This document shows, in pieces, positions 21,219 through 44,654 of a stretch of DNA of 64,000 nt (positions within the stretch are counted from its first letter, which is position 1; each line of letters starts with the position of its first letter). The stretch lies in NCBI RefSeq assembly GCF_009914755.1, contig NC_060927.1; one strand, written 5' to 3'. The notes under the pieces were generated by a model, which saw only the letters and a program-made list of their open reading frames with translations, was not told the origin of the DNA and did not search any database. Position numbers and translations under genes: made by a program. Source of the DNA: the human T2T-CHM13v2.0 reference genome, Homo sapiens.

Positions 21219-23531
21219 ACCCCCATCCTCTTTTTTGAGACCCAGCATTATGTGGCTCACACTCAGTTGCAGCAGGAGCTATAGAGTAGTGATGAGGGTG
21301 CTATCTGGGGGGATTTGTCTCTTCCAGGCTGGAGGTCACTTAAGGAGAGATATTCTAAATCCTTTCTGGGATCTCAGGCCTGCCCAAGACCCAGCAATGA
21401 CTGATCATGATTGAGTAATAGCTACCAGGCCCCAAAGGTCTAGGCCCAGCTACTGCAGGGGGGATGGGGAATCTGGAGCTCAGACCTCAGACACCTCCCA
21501 CGGCCCATGCCACAGACTGTGGTCTCCCTGGAGGCAGTGCCTGGCTGCTACAGAAGGATATTAGGGCAGAGAAGGGTGTTTTGTCCAGACTGCCAGCTCA
21601 GCACACTCTGAGGGCCTGTCCCAGCCTGCCCAGGGCAGGGGGCCGAGAGAGGGCACCCCCAGCTGAGTGCAGGGGGGACTCTGGAGTAGCTCTGGACGCC
21701 AGCACTGGCACCTCTATACCCAGGTGGGACACTTGGAGGGATGCTGATGGCAAGGCTTAGGGCAGGGGCATGAGGACATGTGGACCTAGGCAACCCTGGG
21801 GTCAGGGGAGAAGGCTCAATAAGAGATGCTAACATTGTTATAGTCCCGAGTAGGTGGGTCTGGGAGGAGAGGAGGTAAGATGCTTGCATCAGAAGGAGAG
21901 GCAGGTTTGAGGGATGCAAGAGTGCCATGTGTGGGGTCTCCAGGATCCAGGTGCCAGAATCTGAACTCTGGCCTGGGGCTGCCTGGGGCAGTGCAGGGAG
22001 GGAGTCCTCTGACCAGAGAGGCCAGAGGCTGCTGTGACCTCTGCTGCCTCCAGGGGCACCAGGCCTGAGGCCTGAGCCCAGCCTCTCTTGTTCACCCCTA
22101 GCCCTGAGTGCTACGTTTGAGTTCCCCAGTGCTCCAGATTCAAGGGCAGACCTGAGACCATCAGGGGCCGGAGTGGGGATGGGGGGTTCAGGGCAGAATT
22201 CAGGGTTCTCCATCAGAGAGGGCACCACGGATTCAGGACCAGGTTCTGGCTGTCCTGCCTGGCAGGGCTGCCCCCCTCACTGGTCTCCACTCTGGCCTCA
22301 GCTCTCCTCCTGGCCAGGCTGGCCTTCAGGGTGTCCTTACAGAACCTGGGGGCACTATGCCCAGCCACCTCTGGTTATGAGGTAGGCAATTCCTGGACCC
22401 AGTGATGGGAGAGAGGGGCCAGTGAGTTGTCTGGGCAGCGGGCAGGGGTGGTGGAGGAAGGAGAGCTGGTTCCTTTGAGGCCCAGCAGGGCCAAGCCCTG
22501 AGAGCAGAGAAGGGAGACTGATCTGGTGACCCAGGCTCCTCTACAGCCGGCCAAGGGCCTGAGCTCCTGGCCTGGGGCCCTAGGAAATGGGGGTCTGTTC
22601 AAAGGGTCCACTCCTGGACAGCGGGCCCCTGAGGGTTGGGGGTTCCCTGCCTGGCAGTGGAGGAGAGGCTTGGAAAAAAACATGGCCCTGAGGCCAGGAC
22701 TGTGTGGAGGGTGAGGTGTGTGTGGCACAGAGAACCGGCCCTGGAGCACCCGTTTCCTGGAAGGCCCCCTGAGGGCCCTTTGCTGCAGCCAGGCGGGAAG
22801 GGCCCAGGTGTCCAGCCACCCAGCACCGCCTCAGGCATCCTGGCTCTGGGGAGGGGGGACAGCCTCTGCGCCTGCCGTTCCCAGCGCCAGCTCTCAGCCC
22901 ACAGAGGGCTCTTTGTTCTGGCTGCCAGCAGTGCCCGCCGGGCGGCTGGGAACAGGGCCCACAGCCCTCACCCTCTCCCGAGGCCTCCAGCCGTCGGGCA
23001 GTGCCATTCTAGGTTGGGCAGGAGGCCCCTGGACACAGGGCCAGTGCAGGAAACCATCTCCCACTATTGATGTCAAGGAGGAGAAGTCTGTCCTGGGTAC
23101 ATACCCAGAGTGAAGTCTGGGGGCCTGGGACTGAGCATCTGGGGATGCTGGTGCCACTGGGCTCTGAACTCGGGTCATCCAGATGACCGTCACTTCACAG
23201 ATGGTGAAACCGAGACCCTAAGGGCTTGCCTGGACGGGTGTGCATGTAAGAAGTGCATTATGTACTGGCTAGGGTGTCCCATCAGAACGTCCTAGGAACT
23301 CAGGTGTCTGAGCTGGATTCCCCCAACAGCAGATCCCAGGGAGGCAGTAGGCAGAGCTGCATGTGTGGATATGCCCCGAGTGACCATCTGGGAGGTGTGC
23401 TATGGCTGCAGGCCTCAGGTAGGAGGCTAGGCCGTAGGCCCAAGTAACGGGGCTAACCAGAGGGACCGGCTGCTCTGCAGACATCTGACTGTTGGTGTGA
23501 GACCAGTGCTCCTGGTGGTGTGCCCTGAGCC

Positions 23532-29514
<5,983 letters not shown>

Positions 29515-30291
29515 GGTGACCCTCATCCTGTTCTGTCTACTCACCCTAGCAGCCCTGCCCAGACTCTTCAGCCCCTGCTCCCATCCAGTGGCCAGTCGGG
29601 GGAGGAGAAAGACGCGATTAACACTGTGGCATTCAGCCAGGCCCCATGTCCTCTCTGTGGAAGGTTTTTGTTCAAGAGCCAGGACCAAGGCCCTTGGGCC
29701 ACTACCCTGCTAGGCTCTGGAGCTGTAGAGGCTTCCTGAACTGGGAGCAGGGTAGGGCTGTCGCCTTAGATCCCGCCCAAGCCCCTCATTCCCTCCTTGC
29801 ACAGATGCATACACTGGGGCCCAGCAGCTGCCTCCTGAGGTGACACAGCCTGTAGGAACATACACAGCTGGGATCAGCCTGCAGCCATCCCCCGACCCTG
29901 CTGCTAGGCCACGGTCTGCGCCCTGGGGCCTCATCTCCCCCAGCCCACTTGTTTTCCCCCCTTTTATTCCCTAGGCCCTTTTCAGACTCCTGGGCCCTTG
30001 GATACTCTTCTCCCATCTCCCTTCACAGGATGACACCCTCCCATACCCCATAGCTGGGGCCAGCAGGTTCTGCTGAGGGTGGGGCTGGTGTAGGGACCCC
30101 CAAGAGACCCCTGTCCTGTCCCTTCACCAGTCCTGGGGAGGCTGGGACTCCCCCTGCCACAAGCCTGGGCCACAGCTCACATTCCACTGCTGGGAGAAGA
30201 AACAGGCCGAGGCCCAGAGTGGCCTGCCCCCGGGAGCCAAAGACCCCAGTGGCCACACTGGGATAGGGTGGGGAGGCTGGCAGCCCTCTTT

Positions 30292-30330
30292 TATAAATAT
30301 TATACATAAGACCAGCTGTGTTTTCTATTC
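30292..30330 (+). terminator. Probable SLC38A3 poly(A) site (variant TATAAA signal plus U/GU-rich downstream element)
   Basis: No AATAAA in 29515-30290. TATAAA at 30292-30297 followed by tgtgttttctattctt. Next canonical AATAAA at 30818-30823. Confidence 0.6.
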
Positions 30331-31326
30331 TTGGTCTCCATGGTCCCTGGATTCCTGGAAAGTGAGGTACGGGCCAGAACATGGATGGTGATGGAGGGCC
30401 CCCGTCTCCTTGTCTGGGATGAGGGTGGGGACAGGGCAAGTCCCCCACCCACCCCACCCCCTGCCTCCCAAACTAACCAGTGGCACACTCAGACCCAGCT
30501 CTGGGCCTGGGCCAGGCTCAGCACAGACCTGCTTTCTCACGGGTTGAGGTGGGGAGGAATTAATGAGGCCCCAGGAAGTGGGACAGAGAGAGGCCTCCGG
30601 AAGGAGGCAACGTGAGGTGCATCCCCAGCAGCTTCAGGGAGGGTCTGAGCTGGGGGCAGCTGAGCCCTGAGGGAGCCCCAGGAAGGGCCCCCTGCCCTCC
30701 CCTAGCTCCCAGGCTGCCATGTCAACTCTCTGTCAATGCCCTGAGTCTGGGGACAAAAGTCCAGGAATCCTGTGCCCTGTTGGGCTGATCTTTTTATCAA
30801 CAGTAAAATCCACTACGAATAAAGTGGGTTAGTAGTCCCTGTGTGTGGGGCCCCAAATGGCAAAGAGAGGTGGGAGTCCAAGGTACGGCAGGGGCTGCAA
30901 GGAAGCAGGACAGCCCCAGGTGTCCTGGCCCCGGTGAGACTGGGAAGCTGCCCACTGCCTTGGGCAGGCCTGAACCAGCTGGGATCCAGTGGGATGGAGC
31001 TGCCCAGGCCTTGGCACCAAACCCTCATTAGGAGAGACCCTGCACCAGGCTAGGCCGCCGGGGAAAGGGCTGCAGGAAAGATCCAGTTTGAATTTGCAAG
31101 GCAGCTGCCAGCTCGGGAAAACCCTGAAGAAAGAACTTCCTCAAGCCGGTGGCTGCTAGGCCCACGGCAGTGCCAGCTCAGCCGAGGGGAGCTTCCTGAG
31201 TCCTGTTCCCATCAGGCCCAGGCGCCTGACTCCAGGCTGGGGACTCACCCAGGAGCCCTGTGGCCCCAGGAAAGAGCTGGTCACTGGCCTAGAGGTAGAT
31301 GCAGCGCAGTGTGTTCTGATGAGAGG

Positions 31327-31345
31327 GGCTGCCCTCTAGAGGTCT
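31327..31345 (-). promoter_or_regulatory. Candidate CTCF site between SLC38A3 and GNAI2
   Basis: Minus strand reads CCTCTAGAGGGCAGC, matching the CTCF core CCNCNAGRKGGCRS. Confidence 0.55.
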
Positions 31346-31803
31346 CGATGGGGCCATAACCTTGCCTGGAACCCTTGGCTCCTGGGCAGTGGGGGTCAAT
31401 GAAGGGCAAGTCCATCCTGCAGGCAGACCTGGGGGTTTTCTCTTATACTCCCTCCGTCCAAAGAAGGCTGCAGGTCAGAGCAGCAGCAGGACACCAGGTC
31501 TGGCTTCAGGCCCCTCAGACCAAGGGGATGTGCTAACAGTAGCACCCCCCATGCATACACATACACACAAATGGGGTGGGGAAGGACCCTGGGCCCTGGC
31601 CCCAAGAGGCCAGCTCTGCTTGCCCAGTCAGGCCTCCTCCAGCCTGACCATGGGCAGCAGGCTCCGGCAGGGAGGAGGCAGGTAATGTGACCACTACACT
31701 AGATTCAAGAGCCAAGTGTCCACATGACTGTTTGAAAATGAGTATCCCTTGTCCCTGGCTGTTAAATTCCAGACACTTGGCCTCCATGATCTGCAGGCCC
31801 TCA

Positions 31804-32636
<833 letters not shown>

Positions 32637-32754
32637 TTATTATAGAAAAATAAGAGCAGGAAGGGGGGCAAAAGCATGGGTCTCAGTCTCCCTGCCCAGC
32701 AGCTGCCCTTGCCCACACCCTTCTCACCTGTGTGCACAAGCACACATTTGCCTC

Positions 32755-35050
<2,296 letters not shown>

Positions 35051-35065
35051 TCAGATGTCTGCCTA

Positions 35066-35357
35066 GGCCAGGTGTGGTGGCTCATGCCTGTAGTCCCAGC
35101 ACTTTGGGATTCACTTAAGGTCAGGAGTTCAAGACCAGCCTGGCAACATGGCAAAACCCTGTCTCTACTAAAAATACAAAAATTAGCCGGTCATGGTGGC
35201 ACACACCTGTAGTCCCAGCTACTCTGGAGGCTGAGGCACCTCCAGAGAATCGCTTCAACCCGGGAGGCGGAGGTTGCAGTGAGCCGAGTTCGCCATTGCA
35301 TTCCAGCCTGGGCTACAGAGCAAGACCCTGTCTCCAAAAAAAAAAGAAAAGAAAAAA
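35066..35357 (+). mobile_element. Alu with small internal deletion
   Basis: Alu consensus, TSD agatgtctgcct. Confidence 0.9.
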
Positions 35358-35916
35358 GATGTCTGCCTGGACCCTAGTTTAAAGTCACCCAGCAACTGAC
35401 TTTCCAACAACGCGGAGCAGTAATAATTGACTGAAGGTTGCTTAGAAAGAAGAGCAGCCCTGGAAAAATCTGAAAGCATAAAACTACTTTCCAACCACAC
35501 AAGTCTACAAACCGCCTGGCTACACACACAGGATTAGCCAGCGACCTAATCCGCCAAGCTATGCAAAAGGAGGCCTCTGCTGACCCCTGGCGGTCACCAG
35601 CCGGAGTCTGGCTGCGCGGTGACCCACCACACGTTGCCCAGCCGTGTGGCTGGGATGGTCGGTACCCATGGCCGTGCGGTCGAGCCTTGATGCTCCAGGA
35701 CAGTCCTGGAAGGCTTCCTGGCAGATCCGTGGGAAGAAAGCCGACAGAAGGGCGGGAGGCGGGAGGGGAAAGGTCCCCCGGGATGGGTAGGGCCTCAACG
35801 CTGGGCATCGGCGCAGGTGTGTACTGCAGGGAGCCAGCCAGACCCCCCACGGACTGCCTGACCTTGGGGGAAGCCCGGAGTAGAGGAAGAGGCCGGACCC
35901 CCAGACCCGCCATTGA

Positions 35917-36237
<321 letters not shown>

Positions 36238-36461
36238 TCTGAGAGCAAATTTTACCCAGTTCCTCTCTATCCTCCCGATGACTCTGAAATCAAACTCAGC
36301 AAGTCATCCGAGCCCCCACGGCGCAGCGGCCCTAGGCTGGCATGGGCGATGCGGAGCTACTCCGCCCTCAGGAAGCAGGCGAGGTGCCCAGCGGGAGAAT
36401 CACCCACATCACCGTCTAATCTCTGCTGTGAAGTGGAAGCGCGAGAAGGAGGGAGCGTCTC

Positions 36462-36531
36462 ATGACGGAGGGTGTGAAGACGCTAGGCTGGACGAAGCAG
36501 AAAGGCGGGTGTCACTGGGGACGTTCTGAGG
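36462..36531 (+). CDS. GNAI2: Alternative GNAI2 first coding exon (MTEGVKTLGWTKQKGGCHWGRSE-G...), would give 339 aa
   Basis: ATG at 36462, 23 codons plus G, then donor GAGG|GTAAGC. Phase 1, the same as canonical exon 1, so it joins exon 2 (GAGES) in frame. Confidence 0.6.
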
Positions 36532-36773
36532 GTAAGCCGATGGCGGCTATCGCGGAGGAGACCCTGGCGAGGTGGGGCCCCGCGCGGGGCAAGGGGGATG
36601 GGGTGCCACAGAGGGCTAGTTGCAAGAGGACGCGTGACGGCTGCAGCTCTGCGGAGACCGGGCCTCGACGGCCAAGGAGTGGCAGGTCGGCGGAGGCGGG
36701 GGCCAGGCCCGGAGGCAGAGCGAGACAGGAGAGCAGGCAAGGCGGGGGCCACCGTGAGTGGGGGCCGCGAGGC

Positions 36774-36828
36774 GGGGGCTGGGGCGCGGGGAGGTGCTAG
36801 GTCGGCCTCGGCTCCCGCGCCGCACCCC
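36774..36828 (+). ncRNA. MIR5787: MIR5787 precursor hairpin
   Basis: GGGGGCTGGGGCGCGGGGAGGTGCTAGGTCGGCCTCGGCTCCCGCGCCGCACCCC. Arms pair (GGCGCGGG with CCCGCGCC). Sequence recognised from memory as miR-5787 (mature GGGCUGGGGCGCGGGGAGGU). Confidence 0.75.
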
Positions 36829-37600
36829 AGGCCCGCCAGGAGGCGCCGCTGCCCCGCGAAGCCGTTCCGGCCTCTCCCGGCCACCGAAATCCCGCGCTCC
36901 GGCCTAGAGAGGCCCCGGAAGAGGCGGTGCAGCGCACCCCGAGGCCGCTTCCGGCTTCGGCTCTGCAGGAGAGGCCAGAATCGGGGGAGGACGCCTTGGG
37001 CGGGGCGTGGGTGAGAGAACCTGGGGGAGGTGAAGAACTAGGAGGTTGCACTGGGAGTGGACAAGGGGGAAAATAAGAATTAGGGAGGGGCTGCGGTGGG
37101 CAGGGCCAAGGGCAGGTAGCACCCTGCAAGGTTGCACCCTGCGCAGCTCTCGGTCCACTGCTGAGCCTCCTGGCTTTTTACCTCGCAAAATGCCGTCCTG
37201 GTGAGGTCCCTGGGGAGCCCACCGCTGGCCAAGACCCAGGACAGGGCAAGGAAGGCTTCCTAGAGGTAGAGAGGTGCACAAAGGCGGGAAAGCAGATACG
37301 GGGACATTGGGAGCCCCTTTAGACCGATCTTTAGGTGTCTGAGCCACGCCCATTTGGAGGGAAGGCTGAATGGGGACCAGCCCGCCCAAACCTGCTGGAG
37401 GAAACAAAAACTCACTCCCGTTATAATTGCTCCCCGCCCCCTCACCAGCTCTCTTCTCCCCGGAGACGGGACAGCCCTGTCTCCACAGGCTTCACTCCAT
37501 TTCCCTCGAATGGTGCCCACCTCCTATCCTCCCATCTCTCTTATCCTCAGGTTCTACTACTCATAGCAACCAGAAGGAACTTTAAAAATCAGATCATGTT

Positions 37601-37908
37601 GGCCGGGCACGGTGCACGGTAGCTCACGCCTGTAATCCTAGCACTCTGGGAGGCCGAGGTGGGCGGATCACCTGAGGCCAGGAGTTTGAGACCAGCCTGG
37701 CCAACATGGCAAAACCCCGTCTCTACCAAAAATACAAAAAAATTAGCTGGGCGTGGGGGCGCGCCTTGTAATCCCAGCTACTCAGAGGCTGAGGCAGGGG
37801 AATCGCTTGAGCCTGGGAGACAGGCTGCAGTGAGCCAAGATCGCGCCACTGCACTCAAGCCTGGGTGACAGAGCAAGACTCCGTCTCCAAAAAAAAAAAA
37901 AAAAAAAA
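37601..37908 (+). mobile_element. Alu inserted in L2-like sequence
   Basis: Alu consensus, degenerate TSD cagatcatgt / cagatgatgt. Confidence 0.9.
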
Positions 37909-40605
37909 TTCAGATGATGTCATTCTGCCTTCAACACCCTCCAGTTGTTTCCTTCATACTTGGAATGCAATTTAAACTTTCTTGCCCCATGGCCGGGATG
38001 ATCTGGCCCCTGCTGACCCCTGCCCCCTGGTACTAGCCCACAGCCTGTCCTGTTGGCATGGCATGCCATGCTGGCCCTCACATTAGGGCCTTTGCACTGG
38101 CTGATAGCTTTTCAAAAGCTTTTTCTCCAACAGCCTGAAGTCACTCCTGACAAGGCCCACTTCCCTAACTCTGTCTGCTTGGCCTTGATCGCAGTATTTG
38201 CTCCATACGGTACAGGCAGAGCGATGCTTGTGCGTCCAGAACTCAGTGACCAGCTTCCCTCCCGCAACAGGTCCCTCCTCCCCTATTACTCCCTTGCTCC
38301 TAGTCACAATCTACAGGAAGCCCCTGAGCCCAGCTGGCAAGGTGCACCTTGCTTGGCTGTTTGCTGTTGCATCACCTTCATTAGGGCTGTTTTTGCTCCT
38401 TCATTAAATTAAATTCCAGGAAGCAGTGCTAATGACAGCCCTAACGAGTCACGGGAGAGGCTACCAGCCCCAGCCTTTGGAAAGCATGGCAAGGAGGACT
38501 AGGCAATAACATGAACAAAGCAGTAGCTCCTGGGAATAGAATTGATTATCATTTCCCAGGCCCCCCAAGGACCCTGGGCTTCCCAGGGGAGGTGGCCTTT
38601 GGAGACTGCCTATGCAACAGGCACAGTGGCAGGTTGTACCATGAACTCTTCAAGGACAAAGAAAAGGAGGGAGGTTAAGTTTAGGCCTTGGCCCCAAAGC
38701 CCTGAGAGCTCCTGAGTTCCCTGCAGGGCTTGGGTAGCTCCTCCCCAGTCATACAGGAACACCCTGAATGCCAGAACCAGTTGGGTTTGTAGGGCTAGGT
38801 GTGGATCACTGGCTTGGAGATGTTGGTGCCCCTACCTCAGCATCCCCTGGAGACTTTGGAACCCCCTGTGTGGCTTGTTCCTCCATGATGCCTCATGGCA
38901 GTCCCCTCTCACACCAGTCTTCTCTTGCTCTCGCTATTCTGGCCCGGCTGGACTCCTCTCTGGTTTGGGAGCATCCAGCTCCTTCCCAACCCAGGGCCCT
39001 TGCACTTGCTGCTGCCTCTGTCGTCACTCTCTTCTGGCTTGTTACAAGACTGGTCCTTCCACATGATTCAAAGATCCCCTCCTCAGACTATCTTCTCCTG
39101 CACATACCTCCCAGTGGCTCTAGTGTCACCCTGTTGATTTCCTCTGAAATGGTGAAGTTCATTTCCCTGTTTGTTTGGTGTGTGTTCCTCAAGGACAGGG
39201 CCCAGCTGCCTCTTTTACCATAGGGTTCTCAGCACATTGGCAGGCAATATGTTCAGGGAACAGTGGTTGAACAGATGACCCCTTCCTCTGGATCCTCCCG
39301 CACTGCCCCCCAGCCGCCACCCCTGTGTCAGGTTGGGCCCCCTTGCCTAATCCAGAAGCTTATGGGGAAGGGGTGCTGGGGCCTGAATTCTCCAGGTCAA
39401 AGCCAATGATCTGTGAAGAGGGTGGATGACCAGAAAGGGGGACTTTGGGATCCAGGACCCCCAGGCTTTTGAGTTTTCCTCCTGGACGAAGAGAGGCCTG
39501 GGAAGAGGGGTCTGCAAGGGAGCAGGGAGGGAGGGCAGGATGGCTGACTCCAGTTTCAGAACTTCCACTGGGCTAAGAAGCAGGAAGGGGAAAGCGCAGG
39601 AGTTGAACCAGGAAGTAGAACCTGCCCCAGGGCAGTAAGGCGGGAGCAAGCTGTAGCCACGAGGTCTACAAGCAGTAGCTGCAAGGCTGTGATTGAGTTG
39701 GTCACAGGTCCTTGGCCAGGGACTCCCTGTCATCTGGGAGCCGTGGAGGTAGGGTGGTCAGGATCCTGAACTCTGGGCATCCCTGTGGGGTCCTACCTAG
39801 TCCTGGACTCTGGGCAGGGACAGGCACACCCACCCCGAAACTGCCTTTGGGGAAGTGCTAGCAGCTTCCCCTTCCTAGAGCCTGCAGGCAAGCATGTCAC
39901 AGCCCACTGAGAGGGTCTTCATTCCTCAACCTGCTCAGGGCTACTGCTCGATAGGAACTCAGGCCAAGCTGGACCTGCTGTGCTGCCTGTGGTGAGCCCC
40001 AAGACTATTCTGGCAGTAGGGGTGAACCAGCAGCTGCCACTTCTCCATTCCAGCTGAGGGGCCACCCTCAACTCTGCTGATGTCATTCCATTGTCCTTTA
40101 TGGTCTAGTCCAAGCGGTGCTGGGCCTGGTGGGCATGGGGTCAAGTCATGCCTCCTCTGGTGCTCGTGAGGCCCTGGCTAGGCAGCTGCCCTCTGCCCCC
40201 AAAATGAACTCTCCTGAAAGGACTCCTGGATTCCTGAGTATGAAGAAACTGAGATGCCCACGATGTACCTCACTGATGACTGTGACTGGCTCCTGGCCCA
40301 CTCTGGACCTCAGCTGACTCAGCTGCAAAGCAAGGGGTTTGTTTCTTCAGCTCTCAGCCTTAATTTTCTCGCTAGCCCTTCCCCAGACCCCTGCCTCTCA
40401 GACCTACCACCCTACCTTTGCATGTACTCTTCCATCTTCTTGCAATATTCTTCCGCACTGTTCTTCTCCCTCTAGCACTCCCTGCATCACCTCCTCAAAG
40501 AAAGCTTCCTGACCTTCCCAGGCACTATTGGTTTCTCTTTTCTCTGCGTATACAACTACATGAATATTTCCAGAGGGGCAGCAGCTCCCAGCTCCAGGAT
40601 GAAGA

Positions 40606-40926
<321 letters not shown>

Positions 40927-41252
40927 TGATACATATTTACCTGCCACCCTGCAAGGGGCCTGGAATTAGGGATATGAGTGGGAGAGACCCACGACCAGAA
41001 TAGTGGGATCTGGCTGGGGAAGGGGAAGCCCGAGGACAATGGGACTCAGAGAAGCCCAGCTCACAGCCAGGGAATGAAAGGTGGGGAGGAGGGATTAATT
41101 TAACAGGGTAGGGGGATGGGAGGGAAGATCGAGGGATGGAGAGAGCAAGGCAAGCCAGATGGTTGGAGTGCCAGTGTGTTGCAAGTGGAGGGACATGAGG
41201 TGGACCCTTGAGTGGGGACAATCATAAAGCCTTACAGAAATCGCTACTATTG

Positions 41253-41676
41253 GGCCAGGCACAGTGGTTCATGCCTGTAATCCCAGCACTTTGGGAGGCC
41301 AAGACGGGAGGATTGCCTGAGCCCAGGAGTTTGAGACCAGCCTGGACAACATGGTGAGACTTCATCTCTATTAAAAAAAAAAAAAGGGCCGTGCACGGTG
41401 GCTCACACCTGCAATCCAGCACTTTGGGAGGCCGAGGCAGGCAGATCATCTGAGGTCAGGAGTTTGAGACCAGCCTGGCCAACATGGCAAAACCCCATCT
41501 CTACTAAAAATACAAAAATTAGCCGGGTGTGGTGGCAGGCGCCTGTAATCCCAGCTACTTGGGGAGCTGAGGCACAAGAATCACTTGAACCCAGGAGGCG
41601 GAGGTTGCAGTGAGCCAAGATCATGCCACTGCGCTCCAGCTTGGGTGATAGAGTCAGACTCAGTCTCAAAAAAAAA
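41253..41676 (+). mobile_element. FLAM/left monomer (41253-41385) plus AluS (41387-41676)
   Basis: TSD agaaatcgctactat / agaaatcactactat flanks both. Confidence 0.9.
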
Positions 41677-43098
41677 GAAATCACTACTATAACACCTCAC
41701 CCTTATTGAGGGCTTTCTATGTGCCATGCACATTCTGCATGTTTTACATGTTTCCTCCTGGAGTCCTGACCTCTGCCTGTGCTTTGGGTATGTATAACCG
41801 TTAGGCCCATTTTACTGATAAGAAAACCGAGGTACAGGGAGTTTCTGGTACTTGTCCAAAGTAACAAGTAGCTGGCAAGTTTGCAAACTGCTCCTCAGAG
41901 TCTTTGCTTCCAACTGCCAGCCTACAGCCTCCAACTGCTGCAGAGTCCAAACCAGTGTGTGTGGGGGCTTCATCTATTCTCAGGGCATTGGGGAACCACA
42001 GAAAGTTTCCGAGCAAGGGGGTGATGTGATTTCTTTCAGTAGGATGCCCTTGGCTGCCATGTGGAGGATAAATTGTAGGGAAACAGGAGAGCCAAGGAAG
42101 ACGTTAGAATCCTAGGCTGGGAGATAGTGGGGACAGAGAACAAATACAGATTGGAGGGGAAATTGAGGTAGGGAAGAGGCTGATGGCATATAGGGGTAGG
42201 GGAGGGGGTCATTGCTGTGGCTGGTGGGGGGATCATGAAGTGGTGGAGAGCCTGGGAACAGGGGCCAGTGGGATGGGATGTACCCAGTTCTGGACAGTGT
42301 GGATTTGAGGTGCCTGGGTGTCTCGGGGAGGCTTCAGAGCAGTGGTGGACATGGGGCTGGCAATCAAAGAAGTCAGGCTGGAGAGGACCTTGTGGGGTTC
42401 TGAGCCCCCAGAGTGGGAGGTGTATGAGTGGAGTGGCAAGCAGAGGCCTGGCCATAGCCCTGGGGACCCCATGGAGATGGAGAAGGAGCAGCTAGCAGGG
42501 TGGAAGCAAGGGTTGCTGGACTCCCTGGGAAGAGCATAGGACTGGAAAGGAGCAGCTGACTGGCGGGAAGGGTGCCATAACCACAGGACCTGGCCTGGGG
42601 CTGGGGAAGGCCATGCCTTCCAGTAGCCCCATCTTGCCCTGCCTCCATAGATTGGGGTCTGTGTTGCGCCCACCTACTGAGAGCTGGGCCTCCAAGGGGC
42701 TGACAGGTTCTCCCTGTTGCCTGGCAACTGTGAGAGCTGTTGGCTGTTGCTAGGAGCAGGCTAGAGAGGCCAGAGGAGCGAGGATCAGCTCTCAAGCCTG
42801 GGGCAGGGTGACAGGTAGAGGGAAGGGGAGGGTCCCACCTTGGAAGCCAGTTTGTAGTCTGTGCGTGGACAGATTGTATTCTTGGCCATGTGTACCCATT
42901 TTTGTAGAGTGTGTTCTGTGGATCTGAGGCATGTTGGAGACTGACCTATGTGTGGGTGTCTACAGCATATCTGTGGCCCTGGTGGACATTATGTGTCCTC
43001 AACATGTTGCATGCCCATGGCAGGGCCTGCTTGAGCTTCAGAGCAGTGGTGGACATGGGACATCATATCCTATGTCTCAGGACAGGAGGGGGGCCTGA

Positions 43099-44230
<1,132 letters not shown>

Positions 44231-44654
44231 TAGAAACACTGCTGCTTCCACCCCACCTTTGCCTGGCCATAGGGTTGCAGCCATTGCCCAGTGGGGACAG
44301 GCCACAGGAGGGTGGGATGTGGGATCATGGCCACCTCCAGACGTGGACAGGCCATGGAAGAGACAGGTCATAAGATCATGGCCACTTTTGTTTCTAGAAG
44401 TCCAGTGGCAACTTCTTCCTCTTTCTTCCCTCCCAACCCCCTCACCCTGCCTGCCCGCCCTCCTCTCTTCCTCCCTCTCCACCCTCTCATCCTCTCTCCC
44501 TTTCTCCCTTGGGTCCTGATTGCCTGGTCCCAGATTGGAGTCCAGGATGGCTGCCTGCCGAAGAATGCCTCCCGGTAGATTGGGGAAGGATGGATATGAG
44601 AAGCCACCCAGCTAAAGGAGACAGCCTAGGCAAAGGTGTAAAGATGGAAACCAA

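Noticed and set aside
40254-40340. Possible further GNAI2 first exon near MPTMYLTDD...
   Set aside because: The nearest GT is not in phase 1 for this frame and the donor is weak; cannot be supported from sequence.
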